From: Klebsormidium nitens
Lineage: Eukaryota; Plantae; Klebsormidiophyceae
Length of the DNA stretch: 64,000 nucleotides
Direction: 5' to 3'
NCBI GenBank assembly: GCA_000708835.1
Contig: DF236990.1
Coordinates: forward strand, 1-64,000
Shown: positions 11,546-24,800 of the stretch, in pieces
How positions within the stretch are numbered: position 1 is the first letter of the stretch
How the letters are laid out: each line of letters opens with the position of its first letter
Position numbers and translations under genes: made by a program
The notes under the pieces: generated by a model
What the model was told of the DNA's origin: nothing
The model's input: the letters and a program-made list of their open reading frames with translations, nothing else
Database searches by the model: none

Positions 11546-14500
11546 TCAATGTGCTGTCCGTTTCCTCTGCGTGCTTCCTCCATCGGCCCTATGCCGATAC
11601 AACTTCGCTGTCGCTCTTCTTTCGCAATCTAGAAACATCTTCAGCCTAAACTTCCGGTCTGGGTTGGACCTTGTAAGCTTCAAAAACGTGTGTGCAAAAC
11701 TGAGCTGGTCCCGCGAAGTAAAGCGGTCGACTTCGTTGAACCAGAGGCAGGAGAAGAGGTTGGACATAGGCGTGTGCTCCCGGATGATCAGCGAACCCTC
11801 CGGAACGTCTGCAGAGGTTAGAAACCGGCGTTACTAGGAGCGGGCGAGAAATAGACGGGAAGGTGGGACAGCAAGTCCGTTGGCACAAAGTACTACAGTA
11901 TGCTCGTAAAGATCGAAGATTGTCCAGAAATGCCCGCAAATGGGTCAGGTTTGCATGCTCATGGTTAAATCGAGTTTCCATTTCAATGAGTACAATGACA
12001 GGGCTTGAGGCTTGGGTTGAGCTTGAGATATTTAGCAGTCCCTCCTCTAGTACAACCGTGCGTCGGCTAAGAAAAATTTGCCACAAGCAGAACAAACTGA
12101 TTCTACGTAGTCATTGTGCAATCAAACTCGTTGAAAACTAATCGTTTCTGCTGCACCCAAGATTCTTCGGCACTAACAGGCGAACAGCAAAGCACGCCGA
12201 TCAGGAGAAGTTAGGCAAACAGTACGCGTTCTTACAGCTCAAGAGAGGTCTGTTTGGATCGCTTCCATTGAACGAGTCCAGACCTTCCCGCACATACGTC
12301 TCGTACTGCTCGTCGATCGTCCGGTGGTCGTACTTGTTCAGCTTCTTGTTTTGCACTACCTGCAAAGGACGCTCGGAATGAAAAACGCTGCTTTTAGGCA
12401 TATGCTGCATCCAGTTTGCTCCACTTACACAATCACGGGAATGCACCATGAGCTCAAACCCTTCTATTTTCTTGAAGGGCGCAGATGACCGACGATTCTC
12501 ATCTGCTCCCCGGCAGTTCGTTTCTTGTGCTGGTGACGGATTAGCAGCGTGCGTAATCGCTGACGTCATGCCTGTCCTCACATGCATGAAGCATTTTGCA
12601 CATGATCCGCACACGCAATCGGGCTATCAAACCAGTCTTCAAGCCATACCGAAAGTTGCTGCATTCCGCTGACCTCTTCCCTGACGTCATGCCTGTCGTA
12701 ATGGTTGCTGATCGCGAACTCCGCCTTCTCCCGCCATAGAAACCGCTCGAGCACCGCCCGGGGATCCTGCGCCAGCTTTAGCTTGGCATCGATCCATATG
12801 CTGTAGCGCGCCCGAGGGAAGACCCGGTGGGTCAGCAGCTTCGGAATCTGCAGAGACTAATTTTGGATCATTTCCTCTCCAGCGTCTTCCCGCTTGTGAG
12901 TTTGTGCTTCATGAAAGTGATCTCCATGTCAGAACAGTCGGCAGGACGTCGATCCATATGCTGTGGCGCGCTCGCGGGGAGACCCTGTGGGCCAGCAGCT
13001 TTCGTATCTGCAGAAAGAAGGTTTCGGTCACAGTGCGTTTCGCTGTGTGAATACCGCTTTCTGTGCATGTGAATTATGGACGAATTCCGTTCGCAGGAGA
13101 TGTTTTTCCTGCTAAGTAAGAATAGAAGTAGCGTCGAGCCATATGCTGTAGCGCGCACAGGGAAAGACCCGGTGGCCAGCGGCTTTGGTATCTGCAGAGA
13201 ATGGAGTTCCGGTCACGACGCGTTTTTCTATCTGGATACCAATCTCTGTGTGCGTGAATGTATTCCGTCTGATTGAAAACTATTTCTGCCAAGGGAAATT
13301 TGACTAGCATCGAACCTTATGCTGTACGCGCCCCGGAGAGAAACCGGTGGGCCAGCAGCTTTAGGATCATCGAAGAACTTTCAGCTTGCTGTTTCAGTTT
13401 CTCCTCTCTTGCAATCTCTCTTCTCGTTTATTCTCTTCTCTCTTCCAGTTTTGTCTTGCACTTCGATCTCTCGTCTCTTCCCATTTCCTTCTGTTTCACT
13501 CTCTCTTCTCTTCCAGGTTCTCTGCCCAGCTTGCAATCACAGGTCGTGGATGGTCCTGATCAGCGGCTGTCTCGAAGCCAAACAGCGCGCGCAAAAAGGT
13601 AAGGCGGATTCACGTACGTGACCACTATGCCCCGTTGCTTTACGCTACTCTTCTCCCTCTTTTCCAACCCCTATCTGCGGTCCGCAAAGCAGGGACTTTC
13701 CGCCGGAACGCGAGTCGTTCAACCTTGTCTCTATGGCAGCGGCGGTCGCGCCGTGAGCGAGTTGCCTAAAATTCTACCTCGGCTAAATCTCAACAATATG
13801 TCGCCTTCAAAAGTCCTTCCGAGACTATCCAGGTAACCAGAAAATCTGACAGCAGAACAGGGCGGAAGCTACCTTTCCGGTCCTCTAGCGATCGTCGTAC
13901 AGCAGCAGTGGCCGCACCAGCACTTGGCGCCAGACCTCGGTCATAACCTTATCAAGCCCACCACCCCGTTTATAGTCCGGCCACTTTGAAAAGTATCCGC
14001 AAGCGGACCTGGTTAGCGAATCTCGTTAACTTGGCTACCGGGGAAAGGCGAAGCTTACCTTTCCGATCCTCCGCGGATCGTCGTACGGCAGCGGCGGCCG
14101 CACCACGACGGGGCGCCAGATGCCGATGCGCCCGTCTTTGCTGATGCCCGGTTTCCTGTCCTTCTTGATCGCGGCCAGCGAGGCGGCGTCAAGAAACAGG
14201 ACGAAGCACACGGTACGGTGACTGAGATCGGAGACCTACAGAAGGGAATAACTGATGAGCAACCTGATGGAATACGTACAGCCGTTTGTGAAACTTGCTA
14301 CTGGCTTTCCAAATTTTCGGACAGGGTTCCTAATCTTGGACCGTACGATTGACGATCGAAAGCATCCGACGGCTCAGGATTGAAAACCATGCCCGGACGA
14401 TGCCTCGAAACTTGAATGGCAAGCTTCGGATGGCAGGTTGACGCAAAGCAGTGTATCTCAGAGGGGCAGCTTTGACCGGCGAGCAAGAATCTGGCTTCTG

Positions 14501-17183
14501 CTCCCTTGTAACCGTGGCCCGAGAAGCGAAAGCTGAACTTCAAGAGAGGACACGGTCAATCAAACTGCTGGAAGCAGATGAACAATCGTCTGAAAGAGCG
14601 TCTTTAGGGGGTTCCGATGCTCCGACCCATTTCCTAGCCGCCTACAGACAAGCCGCCCTTTAGGCCAGGACGGGGAATGGGATCTCATTGCGCACTCTTG
14701 CAGAACCAATCTGGAAGACGGAGCAATACTGAGCGAATTGAGTGGTCCAATTGAGGGAACGTTAAAGCGGGTTGTCGATTCTTGTCTGGCTTTGCTTTTA
14801 GAGCTCGCTGATTTCAGTGACTGGGGAGGTTGGACTATCGGAAACCGTTTGACCCGGAGTTTACTCGATATCATCCCGTCTCAAAATCTCAAAAATATTT
14901 GCACGCTCAGATGGAAAGGCTAGATTTGAACATGAAGTACGGATGACCGTCAACTGTTTCCCCACAAGCCGGAGGATTCCAAGACACCCTGAAGCGTGAG
15001 GGAAGCAACAAGAGGTACTGTTGCACCTTGCCTGCGACTTGGAGATGGAGTGGATAGCGTCGGACGCCCCGAAAGTTGCGGAGACCACGGCGATGTGACA
15101 GCTGGCGAGAGCGTCCGAATCTTGGGGGTCCAAGTGAAAGCCGGGGAGAGATCCCCCGCCGGGGCCCATGAAGCCACAATGAATCGTCATCGGGTCCTGG
15201 AGATAGAGAACAGGGTGTGAAAGGTGCGGAGAAGGCGCAGAGAGCGGCGATATATGAAGCACGTCGGACGCATGCGCTGTTGCGACAAGGGCATCAAATA
15301 ACGGTGTATTAAGCTCATGTGAGAAACGTTTGCCCTCGTTTGCTCTTCAGAGGTACATGTGCTAAGAAGTTTTCGGCGCCCTTCTGTGAGACTGGTCCTC
15401 CACCCAACTTTCCCAAGGTGGGACGAAGGTAATCTTCGTTCTGCTGTCGTGTTGCTTTCACAAGGTTGCCAGCCTCCTTTGAATCGGCATGCAAGTCTTA
15501 TGCTACCAACAGTCGCCCCTTACTCCACTTCACTGCAATTCTATGGAAAAAAGGTCGAGTCCTTGCTAAGCACAATTCTCAATCGCCCAATTTATTACAA
15601 GAGGCCAGCGTATCAAACAGAGGCTCCACCACTTGCCCACCTGTATGTGGAAGCTCTCTTCCCTTTCATCCCACGTCTGGCGCCCGTTGAACCCTCCCGT
15701 TGGCCCCTCTCCCGACCCCTCCTTTCCGGCAGCATGGGCGCCGAGATACTTGAGCTCAAACGATTCGAACCGCCGTGTCTCCAAATTCGGCTCTGCGAGG
15801 GCCTTGGCTGAGCTGGCAAAGTGTGTTTCGCAACTAGAATGACCACTTTTCTTCTTCGCAGGTGCCCCTTTTTCATTCCCGACCACCTTCTTGTCACCAT
15901 TCCGCGATTCTTCTTCAGCTCCCCCCTTGCCTGCTGCGGCTATTGCCCCCCCCTCAGCATCAGTCTCCATCTCGAACTCCTCCGATCCCTCCTTCTCCCC
16001 CACAGCTCCCCGGTCCTCCTCATCAGAATTCTCAACAGCTCCCCCATCTAGTTTATGCAAAGCGATCTCAACTTCGTCAAGCACTTCCTTCTCCTCCTCC
16101 CACTCACGTTTGACTGCCCCTTTCCCTGCGTTGCTCGAACCCCTGTGAACCCCTCTGATTTCACCAGCCATTTCCACCCCCCCAAGTAGTTTGTCTTCCG
16201 CCCCAGAGTCCAAAAACAGTGTCGTGTCATCTCCTGCCTCTACCAGGCTCCGTTCTTTTGACACCGCAAGCGCCGTGTGCTCTTCCTTGCTGCCCTCACC
16301 CCCATCGAGCAAAACATCGGTGTCAATCCCGATGTGGGGCTGTGTATCGCCGCTGAGACGGAGGTTTCCCAGTTGACCTTCTGAAAGAATATCTGCAGAA
16401 TTGCAAGAGGATCGATTTAAATTTTGCTCTTGGAAAGCAAAGGATTCCAATCTCTGCAGAGTGCAACTTGGCAAGGTATCTCTTTCCGGTTTCTAAAGCC
16501 ATCTGCGAAACCACTTTGTATCCCACAATGGACAGATCAACAAAAGTTGCCTGATGTCTGTTTCGAAGGACCACCCTGCTTGCAAGAGCTGATTTTCAGC
16601 AAGGGTTATTGGGCCAGAGCCTTGCTGACCAAAGCAACAGGGGGAAAAATGGACTGTATTGACATAGTTTGATCACTGCAATTTCAGCAGTTGCCAAGAA
16701 TTGCTGATTCAAAGGTGAGCTCGACTTGGGGGTGGCTGCGATCTGATAAAAGTCAAGTTGCCCGTATTGGTATCAAAGTGCGTCTGAAAAATTCAATTGT
16801 TCGTCACCTTGACAAACTGGTGGTGCTGGTAGTTTTGACAACATGATCAACAAGGAAGGGGCATAAGCTTGCTTCAGATGTTCAATTGAACTGAATTTGA
16901 ATTGAGCAATTAGCACAACCAAAACTTACTTCTGCCGCGTATTAGAATCAAGCGATTGAGTAGCAAGCACTAAGTTTCTGCCATCCCCACCTGCTTGACT
17001 GCCCCGCCGGAAGAAGAACCTGACGTTGTGAACCGCAGCTCCGAAAAGAACGATGCCAACAAGGACGAGTCCTAAGTACACCACCGCGCTCCTCCCCACG
17101 CGCTCAGGTCGCGACAGGTGGCGCCTCCGGGCGCTGCCACGGGGTGTCAGTGGGGAGCCCTTCCGAGAATAACCCAGGTACAT
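11546..17183 (-). CDS. DUF616 / TOD1-MUCI70 glycosyltransferase-like type II membrane protein, 7 exons, 615 aa
   Basis: Exons: 17183-16991, 16392-15641, 15196-15032 (GC donor), 14235-14059, 12847-12674, 12359-12236, 11808-11546 (1848 nt). N-terminal TM segment (AVVYLGLVLVGIVLFGAAV) and an acidic stem. DUF616 motifs: FNGRQTWDERE, IHCGF, VCFVLFLD, IPKLLTHRVFP..RYSIWID.KL, FAISNHYDRH, VPEGS.IIREHTPMSNLFSCLWFNEVDRFTSRDQLSF, MFLDCERR. Confidence 0.92.
12785..13380 (-). repeat. ~160-185 bp tandem units duplicating the acceptor and first ~60 nt of DUF616 exon 5
   Basis: The real acceptor is CTGCAG at 12848-12853. Copies lie at 13008-13013, 13192-13197 and ~13368 (AG lost). Each copy carries degenerate IPKLLTHRVFPRARYSIWID-coding sequence. 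Confidence 0.85.
13866..13945 (-). repeat. Decayed copy of the DUF616 exon 4 3' end plus donor
   Basis: gaagctacctttccggtcctctagcgatcgtcgtacagcagcagtggccgcaccagcacttggcgccaga resembles 14050-14120 gaagcttacctttccgatcctccgcggatcgtcgtacggcagcggcggccgcaccacgacggggcgccaga. Confidence 0.8.
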
Positions 17184-18814
17184 CTTGCTATGTGCGTGCC
17201 AATCGGAGCATGAGAGCGTGCATCAATGGTTCATGAAATTGAGTCTGCACTTGCTGCAGCTTTTCTGAAGCTGACCGTCATCCTGGACCCTGCATTCATT
17301 GTTGCTTCTCCCTCTTCTGCTTTGGACGCCAATAAAGGCATGACAAAGACACTACAGCTCTCAGCTGTTTGACAACGCATACCAAGCAGCTTGCGAAGAG
17401 GTCTTTGAAAGTGGCAAGCAACAGAAGTAGGTAGGAAGGCATGAAACGAGAGGAGAAGCACGATCCTGTTCTAAGAACAGGTGCCAGAACATGGTGGCAC
17501 TGGCAGAGCAGGTGCCAGCCTCCAGGGCCCAGAACACAGAACCCTAATTCTTAACCCTCTCCTTCGGCGCGAACCAGGATCCTAACCCACAGCGAACCCG
17601 CAGCTCATTGAACGGACGACAAACCTCCACCCTGGCATCGACGTCGGAAAGGGGGCACAGACAACGGCCGCGCCAGGAACTTGACTTTCAAAGTCGATTC
17701 TTGCTGGTGATCTTGTGAACCGCGGCTGCAGCTTTTGAGAGCATGTTTCTCTACCTCCAACACAAGAGAGGATGCCAGATGTTGAGAAACAAATGATCCT
17801 GTTCGAGTATAGCTACCTAGGTTCTAGACACAAGAGTCCGGGGTACAGGTAGGAGGCACGGGGAGCAGCTTACGAACAGGTAGTGCATTCCTTCTTGTGT
17901 GCTTCACTGCCTCAAAGGATTCGACAAACGCAAAGTGGATATGGTGGACGCAAAGAACTGCTTTTTGTTTGACCATGACGTGCAGCCAGTCGGTCCAAAG
18001 TCGTGTCATCTCTGACCGAGTTTGGGCATGGCAGTTATAGCAGTAGGCACCGGGAGAAACTGCCATGCAGGGGTTGCAATTGACCAAACTGTTGGGTTTG
18101 GACAAGTAAACCTGAAGGTCTGAGTCAGGTAAGCAAACCCCTTCTCCTATACTTTGTTGATCAATGCCCTGATTTTTATCGCTATTCCTGAAGGGAATCC
18201 TTTCTTCTTTCGTTCAAGCTTGCATGAAGCAGCCAACACTGAAGACTTGTCTGTGGATCTCAGGAACATCAACAAAGCTCAAGAGAATGCACTGTGTGAT
18301 TGTGGAAGTAATTAGAGTCTCCGTAAGTGCCTGGAACATTTTTGAATGCTGTTTTCATTACGTCCAGACTTACACTAGTACTTAAGTATGCAACAGCACT
18401 TTCGAAGGAATTGCACGTATACCACAGCTACAGAAAGCAATTGGACAACACTGCAATAAATCTAGTATCTGGCCAGGATGACTCGAGGAAACCATTATGG
18501 CCACACCGTCTAAACTTTAGGTAGCTGATGTCTTCGTAGAGGCGTTACAATTGATAGCGTAACGTCCAAAGCTGCAGACTTCCACCTTCCTTGCGCCAAA
18601 GCGACCAACCTTTTGATAAGTGGAGCTACATAAATGTATGAATGTGCACCTCTTCCAGATTGGGGATTGCAATTCGCAAGCAGATTTGAAATCATCACAG
18701 ACGCTGTGCTACGCTCGTTCACAGGTGCCTGTCGACCAAAATGCAGGGAAGGCACTCCACAGGCCAGTCAGTAAACCACTAGATTCGAAATTGACGGGCG
18801 CCTCAATTGCCATT

Positions 18815-21800
18815 ATGGCTGACGAGAACGCAAACGGCGGCGGGAAAGTGAGGCCGCGCAACCTGGCCGGCGCATTTGCCGGCATTCTTGCTAAAAAAGA
18901 ACCCAGTGATTGCGGGTTATTAGAAACAGAGCAGCAGAAATTCAAGGGCGGCGGAGAAACACGGGCCTTCTTTCAGGAGGTCAACCCAAATCTGGTTGGG
19001 GCGGGCAACAAAGGAAAGTGTCAAAAGTCGCAGGCTGCTGAAAAAGCACGCGAGCATGACGCCAGGCGCCGCCAGGCCTCGGGGGGGAAGCGGCCAAGCA
19101 TTGGTCTGTCCGTGGGGGCTGGGGTCGATGGAATCGTTCTGGGGGGGTTGGAAAGGGAGGGTGGAGACGGGAGGGAAAAAGGGACAAAGGGGCGGGGGGG
19201 CAAGCCGCCCAGGAGCCCTGTGGGGGGGTCCAAGAAGGCTGCAGAAGATGACAGGTGGCAGCAGGAGATTGGTCCGGATGAGGATGGGAGGGGATCCTTG
19301 GGGCCCAGAAAGAAGGGCTTGGATGTGCAGTCACCGAAGGGGAAAGAGGTCCCTTCTGCGGAGAGAAGGATCAAGAGCGTTCGGAAGTGGAAGGAAGCTG
19401 TTAGCGAGGTCCTTGGCGAGGAAACAATGGCTGAACGGGGGGTGGGCGAAGTGAAAGGGAGGGGGAAGAAGCGGAGTAGCAACGAGAGGGCAGAAGGTGG
19501 GGAGGAAGGGTCTGGCGGGAAGCGCCTGCGGTTGAGTTCGGATTGGGGAGTAGCAAAGGGCGTCGGGTGTGCCTTTTCAAGGCAAGAACACTTCCCTGGC
19601 TTTCCAACCCAGCAGGGCATGAGTTCAGCGGCCGGTGTGAACGCCCCCCCTGCTGAGGAAGACACCTTCCCGGGGGGTGCTCTGGTCCTAGCGACCAAGG
19701 CTCCAAGGATACCCCCCTTGCAATTCCACCCCGGTTCGGGCCCGCCCCGTAGCCCCCCCGCTAGACTCCCAGGGTTCAAGTCATCAGGCGAAGCACTGGC
19801 GGTGTATCCCAAAATCAGGCCGTCCAGGGGGGTCCTCGCGCAGGGAAATGAAGGGGGGGGTTCGATGGAGTGGGTTAGACAGGAGGACGACACAACGGTG
19901 AAGCTGACGGTGCCGGAGGGGACGGAGGCACATAAGCGCAACAAGAAGGAGGCGACATGCCCGGGTTTCACTCACGTGTTTGGGCCGGAATCCACGCAGG
20001 TACGAACGCAGCTCAAATTCGCATGATGCAAATGTAACGAAATGCGTATTCACGGGGCATCTGCTGAGAAGATCAGTATCAAACGTTTTTCATTGCAAGC
20101 TTCAAAGGAGATGAGAGTATGTGCAGTCTGTTTTGTCTTACCAAGTTGGTATTGGGCAGACCTGCGTAAAGCTCAAAAGAGACTATTGTTCTTCGAAAGA
20201 AGACAAGTTTTACGTAAGTGCCAGTCCAATCAAATGTAAAAGAGCTCGGGAAAAGTTGTCCATGGAAGAACCACGCATTGCAAGTCTCAACTGAGAATTA
20301 CCGAAGTTCTGAAGTTCACAGAAAATGCAACACTCACTCGGTTCTTGGTTCAGCGTCTTGGCTGACTCAGCAAATTAGACGTGGCTTATAGGTACTCAGA
20401 AACGGCCTGGCTAGGGCAGCTTTTCCGAAACGCCAATGTTGAGACTTTGACTCCGCTCAGAGGTTTGCCAGATCCAGATAACTGAGGAACGCACGCATCC
20501 TCAAGCAACGATCGAACTTCACTAAGCTCAAGCAGTCGTTCTAAAGAAAAATTGCGCATTGCAGGAAGAGTTCTTCAGGGGCACGACCGCGGGTCCAGTG
20601 GGGGCATTCCTCAGCGAAGCCAAGAGCTGCGTGGTGTGGGCGTTTGGCATGACGGCTGCCGGCAAATCATACACCATGGTGGGGAGCGAGGGGCAACGGG
20701 CGGGACTCATCCCCAGGTATGCTGCCTTTGCCTTCCTGCTTCAAACATTTCTGAGATGGGAAACGACGGAGTGAGAAATGTGCCATAGAGGACTTTTGGT
20801 AACTGGCTGCAGAATCCGTGCAGCTCGGATCGTTTCTGACTTGAGCTTGGCAACACTTGATGCTAGTCTACTGGTCGCCTTGACGTGCGGATAGGGACAG
20901 CGATAACGGGATGGGTAAAGGCCGCAGAAACTGCCTGAAAGAAGAACACCGTTCAAGTTTTCCATTTTGGCTCACCGTTCGTCCAGTAGTCTGGAACCCT
21001 GTAAGCCGCCGAAGCTGGTCAGATACAGAGAGACAGATGTCCACAAGCAAACACGGTCGGTCGTCCCTCCGAACACCATCATCCCGCAAACATTGGGAAC
21101 CACTTACCCCTCCAAGATTAGCGTTCGAGAATCATATGGAGGCATCAAGCTCTGCTGTGTTTCCCATCTTAACGTGTTCGTGAATCCTTAGTGGCAAGCT
21201 CCGTTCCGCCCCGTCCAAGCCCCTTATCTCTACCCTTGTTTGTTGCAGGGCGATGGACTCAATTTTTGCCTCCCTCTCCCGCCACCCCGGCGCCACTGTC
21301 GTCACTTTCTCAGTCATCGAGAACCAGAACGACCGTTTCTACGATCTGCTAGTGCCTCCACAATCGATGCACGGCAAGCGGCAGGGCGCGCTGGACTTCA
21401 ATACAGGGAACGGGACCGTCAAAGGAGCCCGAGAGGTAGATCTTTTTTGCTTCTGTCTTCATTCTCGTTTTCCCTTGTTTTAACCTGCTTACTTCCTTTA
21501 GTGCGGAGCACTTTGATCAATTACCATCTCAAAGGGGCATGAGAGTCGCGCACTCTATCTTGCCAAGAAGTCTCAAGGGCATGCCGTTCTGAAGCATAGT
21601 GTACGTCGCGGAAACGTCTCCACAAGGGGACCAATGGACGTTACTATAGAGTTGCAGGGTTGAATGCTTCAAAGCTTGGGCGGCTCTTTTGGCGGCTCGG
21701 ATGCACCTCTACGGCGTCCAATCTGATTGATGCAGATTACCGTAACATCACCTTCTAATTCAGGTCGGGGGGTAAGGCCGCATTAATCTGCGATGCGGGC

Positions 21801-24800
21801 ATCGATGCGTGTGAACTCAAAGAGGGCGTCAGGTCGCCGCAAAGTGCAACCAGGGCCAGATCCGCTTTGCAATCGCCGCGATAAATTGGCAGACGTATTT
21901 CGTAGCGACAGCAAGCTCGAGAGTTTCACTGTGACGTCGCATTTGACGTCAGGCGTTTAGGGTCACAAGACGCCCACCTTAAGCACCCAGACTTGACGCG
22001 AGGTTCTTGTCAAGTAACGGACAAACCTTGAGTGGCCGTCGAAAGGAGATCATCCTACGTTTCTCCTCTCGCTGACAGGGATGTCTGTCTTCGCAGGTGG
22101 TGCTGAGGTCAGCGGAGCACGGAAAAGCGGAGCTTCGGACAGCGCTTGCGAACAGACACACGGAACGGACCGACCTGAACGCCTCCTCCAGGTGCGTCCG
22201 AATTGTGACGTTGCTGACGTCAGCGAGACGTTCGGGAGGCGTTCACTAATTGACGCAATCGCAAAAGACTTAATCAAAGTTTTGCGTGTTCGTTTAGGGG
22301 AGACTTGGCTTCTTCAGAAATCGTGAGTGGCAGTCTATACGGTCACCTGGAGTTAGTAGCTCTAGCCTCGCATACATCTGAGGTTTCGTGAAGCTCCCTT
22401 TCTGCTTTTGGAGCTTTGCACCCTTCATGCTGCTGTCGAGCCAAAGTCGGAGAAGCTGATCAAGTGGGACAAAGTTGGGGACGAGATCCAGCTAGAATCA
22501 GTCAATGCGATTTCTGCTCTTCAAGCCTTGCATTCTTCACGCTGCCGTCGAGCCAAAATTGAAGAGGCTGATCAAGTGGGAAAGAATTTCGAGAGAGTTT
22601 CGGACAAGAAACATTTAGAATCACTCGATGCGACAACGGACGGCCATGAAGAGCTTTCCGATTTGCAGTCGAAGCCACACAATCTTCTCGGTGCTGTCGA
22701 GCCATAGTCGGAGAGGTTGATCAAGTGGGAAAGAGCATCTATCAACAAACATTTTGAATCAGTCTATGCGACAACGGACGAACTAGAGGAGCTTTCCTTT
22801 CTGCAGTCGAAGCCACGCGATCTTCTCGCTGCGGCTTGGCGACCCAGGCGTTGGCGACCCGGAAGCCCGCGCGCGGCTGTGCTTCGTGGATCTCGCCGGG
22901 TCGGAGCGGCTGGGCCGTACGCACAACGAGGTAACGACCGGCCGCCGCTGTTAGCTGCTACCACGTTTGTAGCTACTCTGTCCGCTCATTTGCTTCCATC
23001 CACCTTGGTAATTTTGAGCGGCGGGAAATAGCAGGGGAGTGTTTTGTGGCACACCAGGAGGTAATTCGGAGTGAGTCCTTCACGAGAACAAATGCTTTTC
23101 AAACCCTGTCTGGTTTGTCGCCTCTGTCAGCCACTAGGCCCGCACAGATGTTAAAGAACCTTGAGCGGAGACTACCAGACAGACAGAAATTCTGCAAGCT
23201 TTCGTGTCTGGTCCTTTTTTTTAGTACGTTGGAAATCTCAAATCAATCGGAAATGATTAGGAACTGTCCTATTATGCTCTTGAAGTTCTGGTATATCTCA
23301 TCTTAGCTTTCCAATCCGCTTTGCATTCCAAGAACCTACCTTACTAATGCTTAAGAACAGCGTTAGGCAAAACTTGGTAATATTCGATGCAAGTCGAAAC
23401 AGAAAGCCTTTTGAGAAGCTCGATTATATTTTCAGAAAATTTTCGCGCTGTTTTCTCTCCTTTTCTCCTTCGAATTGCATTGGAAAAGGCTGAAAACCAC
23501 AATTTGCTCTCAAAATCTTCCCAAGACTTCTTGGCAGATTCCTGATACGACCAAAGTGCCAATCTTGCAAAAAAGCACGTGATCTTTGGATGCAGGGCGA
23601 CCGGTTGCACGAGAGCCGGTGGATCAATAGCACGCTGACCACCATCTTTCAGTGCATAAAAGCGACCGGCGAAAACCAAGAAGCGCTCGGGAGGGCCGCC
23701 CGGTTGCGAAACCGAAAGCCAGTGGCACTAAAACCGGTGCCGTGCCGTGACAGCAGGGTGAGAAAATATGGTTTTGTTTGTTTGTTTGTTTGTTTCTTCG
23801 TTTGCTTTTTATCTTGTTGAAGTTCTTAAGAAGTGGTCTTTGGAAATAGATTCTTCTGCAGAGTCACTTACTATTCACTTTATGTAACATACGTGACTTC
23901 AGCTTTGTCGATCGTGATTGGACGCACCTGAAAGTCTGTCAAGTTTCCGGCTCTGTCCGTTAGGTGACTGAACTGTTGCTCAGGATTCGGAACAGATACT
24001 CCACTTGTGCAGCATTGAGAGAGAGTCAGTCGCCGTGCAGTGCGGTCGCAGAATGCAGACGTCCTTCTCGGTCTGAACGAACAGTGGTCGACCCCCTTGC
24101 TTTTACGTCTAAGCCTCCGACTGACGGACCGGCCCACCTGCCGCAACCCGCGACTATCATTCCCCACCCTTTCTGGTCTATGGTCTCTCTGGTGCACCGC
24201 AGATGTCTAAATGCAACGATTGCATTTTGAGCCTAGGCCATTCGAGATCCAACACCGGTTTCCGGTCCCCGACTGACTTTGAAGAAACATGATACACATT
24301 GTTGATTTTGGGCTCTGAGTTCCAGGGTTTGGGTCAATTATCCGAAGTCTTTAAAAATCCGGTGGCGCAAGGTAGGATCTTACTTGAAAAACTCCCCATT
24401 TCCAGTTACGTAGTAGCATAAAAGCAGCTTTTATTTGTCCCCACCGCCCGACCCACACAAAAGAGATTAGGAACGGGTAACTTGGAATTAGCTTCGATCC
24501 TTCCTATGCCGAGTGGCAGAAGAACCAGCGCCACATTCTGATCTTCACTGACTATCCAGCATTCACTGACCGGCTTATCTTCGCTGACCGGTTTCTTGCC
24601 CCGCGCAGATTTCGTACATGTTTCGCGAGGAGCTGAGCGGTCGGGGAAACATGATTTTGGCGCTGTGCCTGAGCCCTGACCGGGAGGACTTCGACGAGAC
24701 GATGTACCAACTAGAGAAGGCGAAGGAGGCCGCAAAGATCAGGTGAGGATTTGGTGACACGTGGCAGATGAAGAAGCGGGTCAGAGCGAATCGGGATGTT

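Noticed and set aside
17520-17590. AACCCTAA/CTAACCC telomere-like words in the DUF616/kinesin-6 divergent promoter
   Set aside because: Too few and too degenerate to call an interstitial telomere. They may be telo-box motifs, but this cannot be supported.
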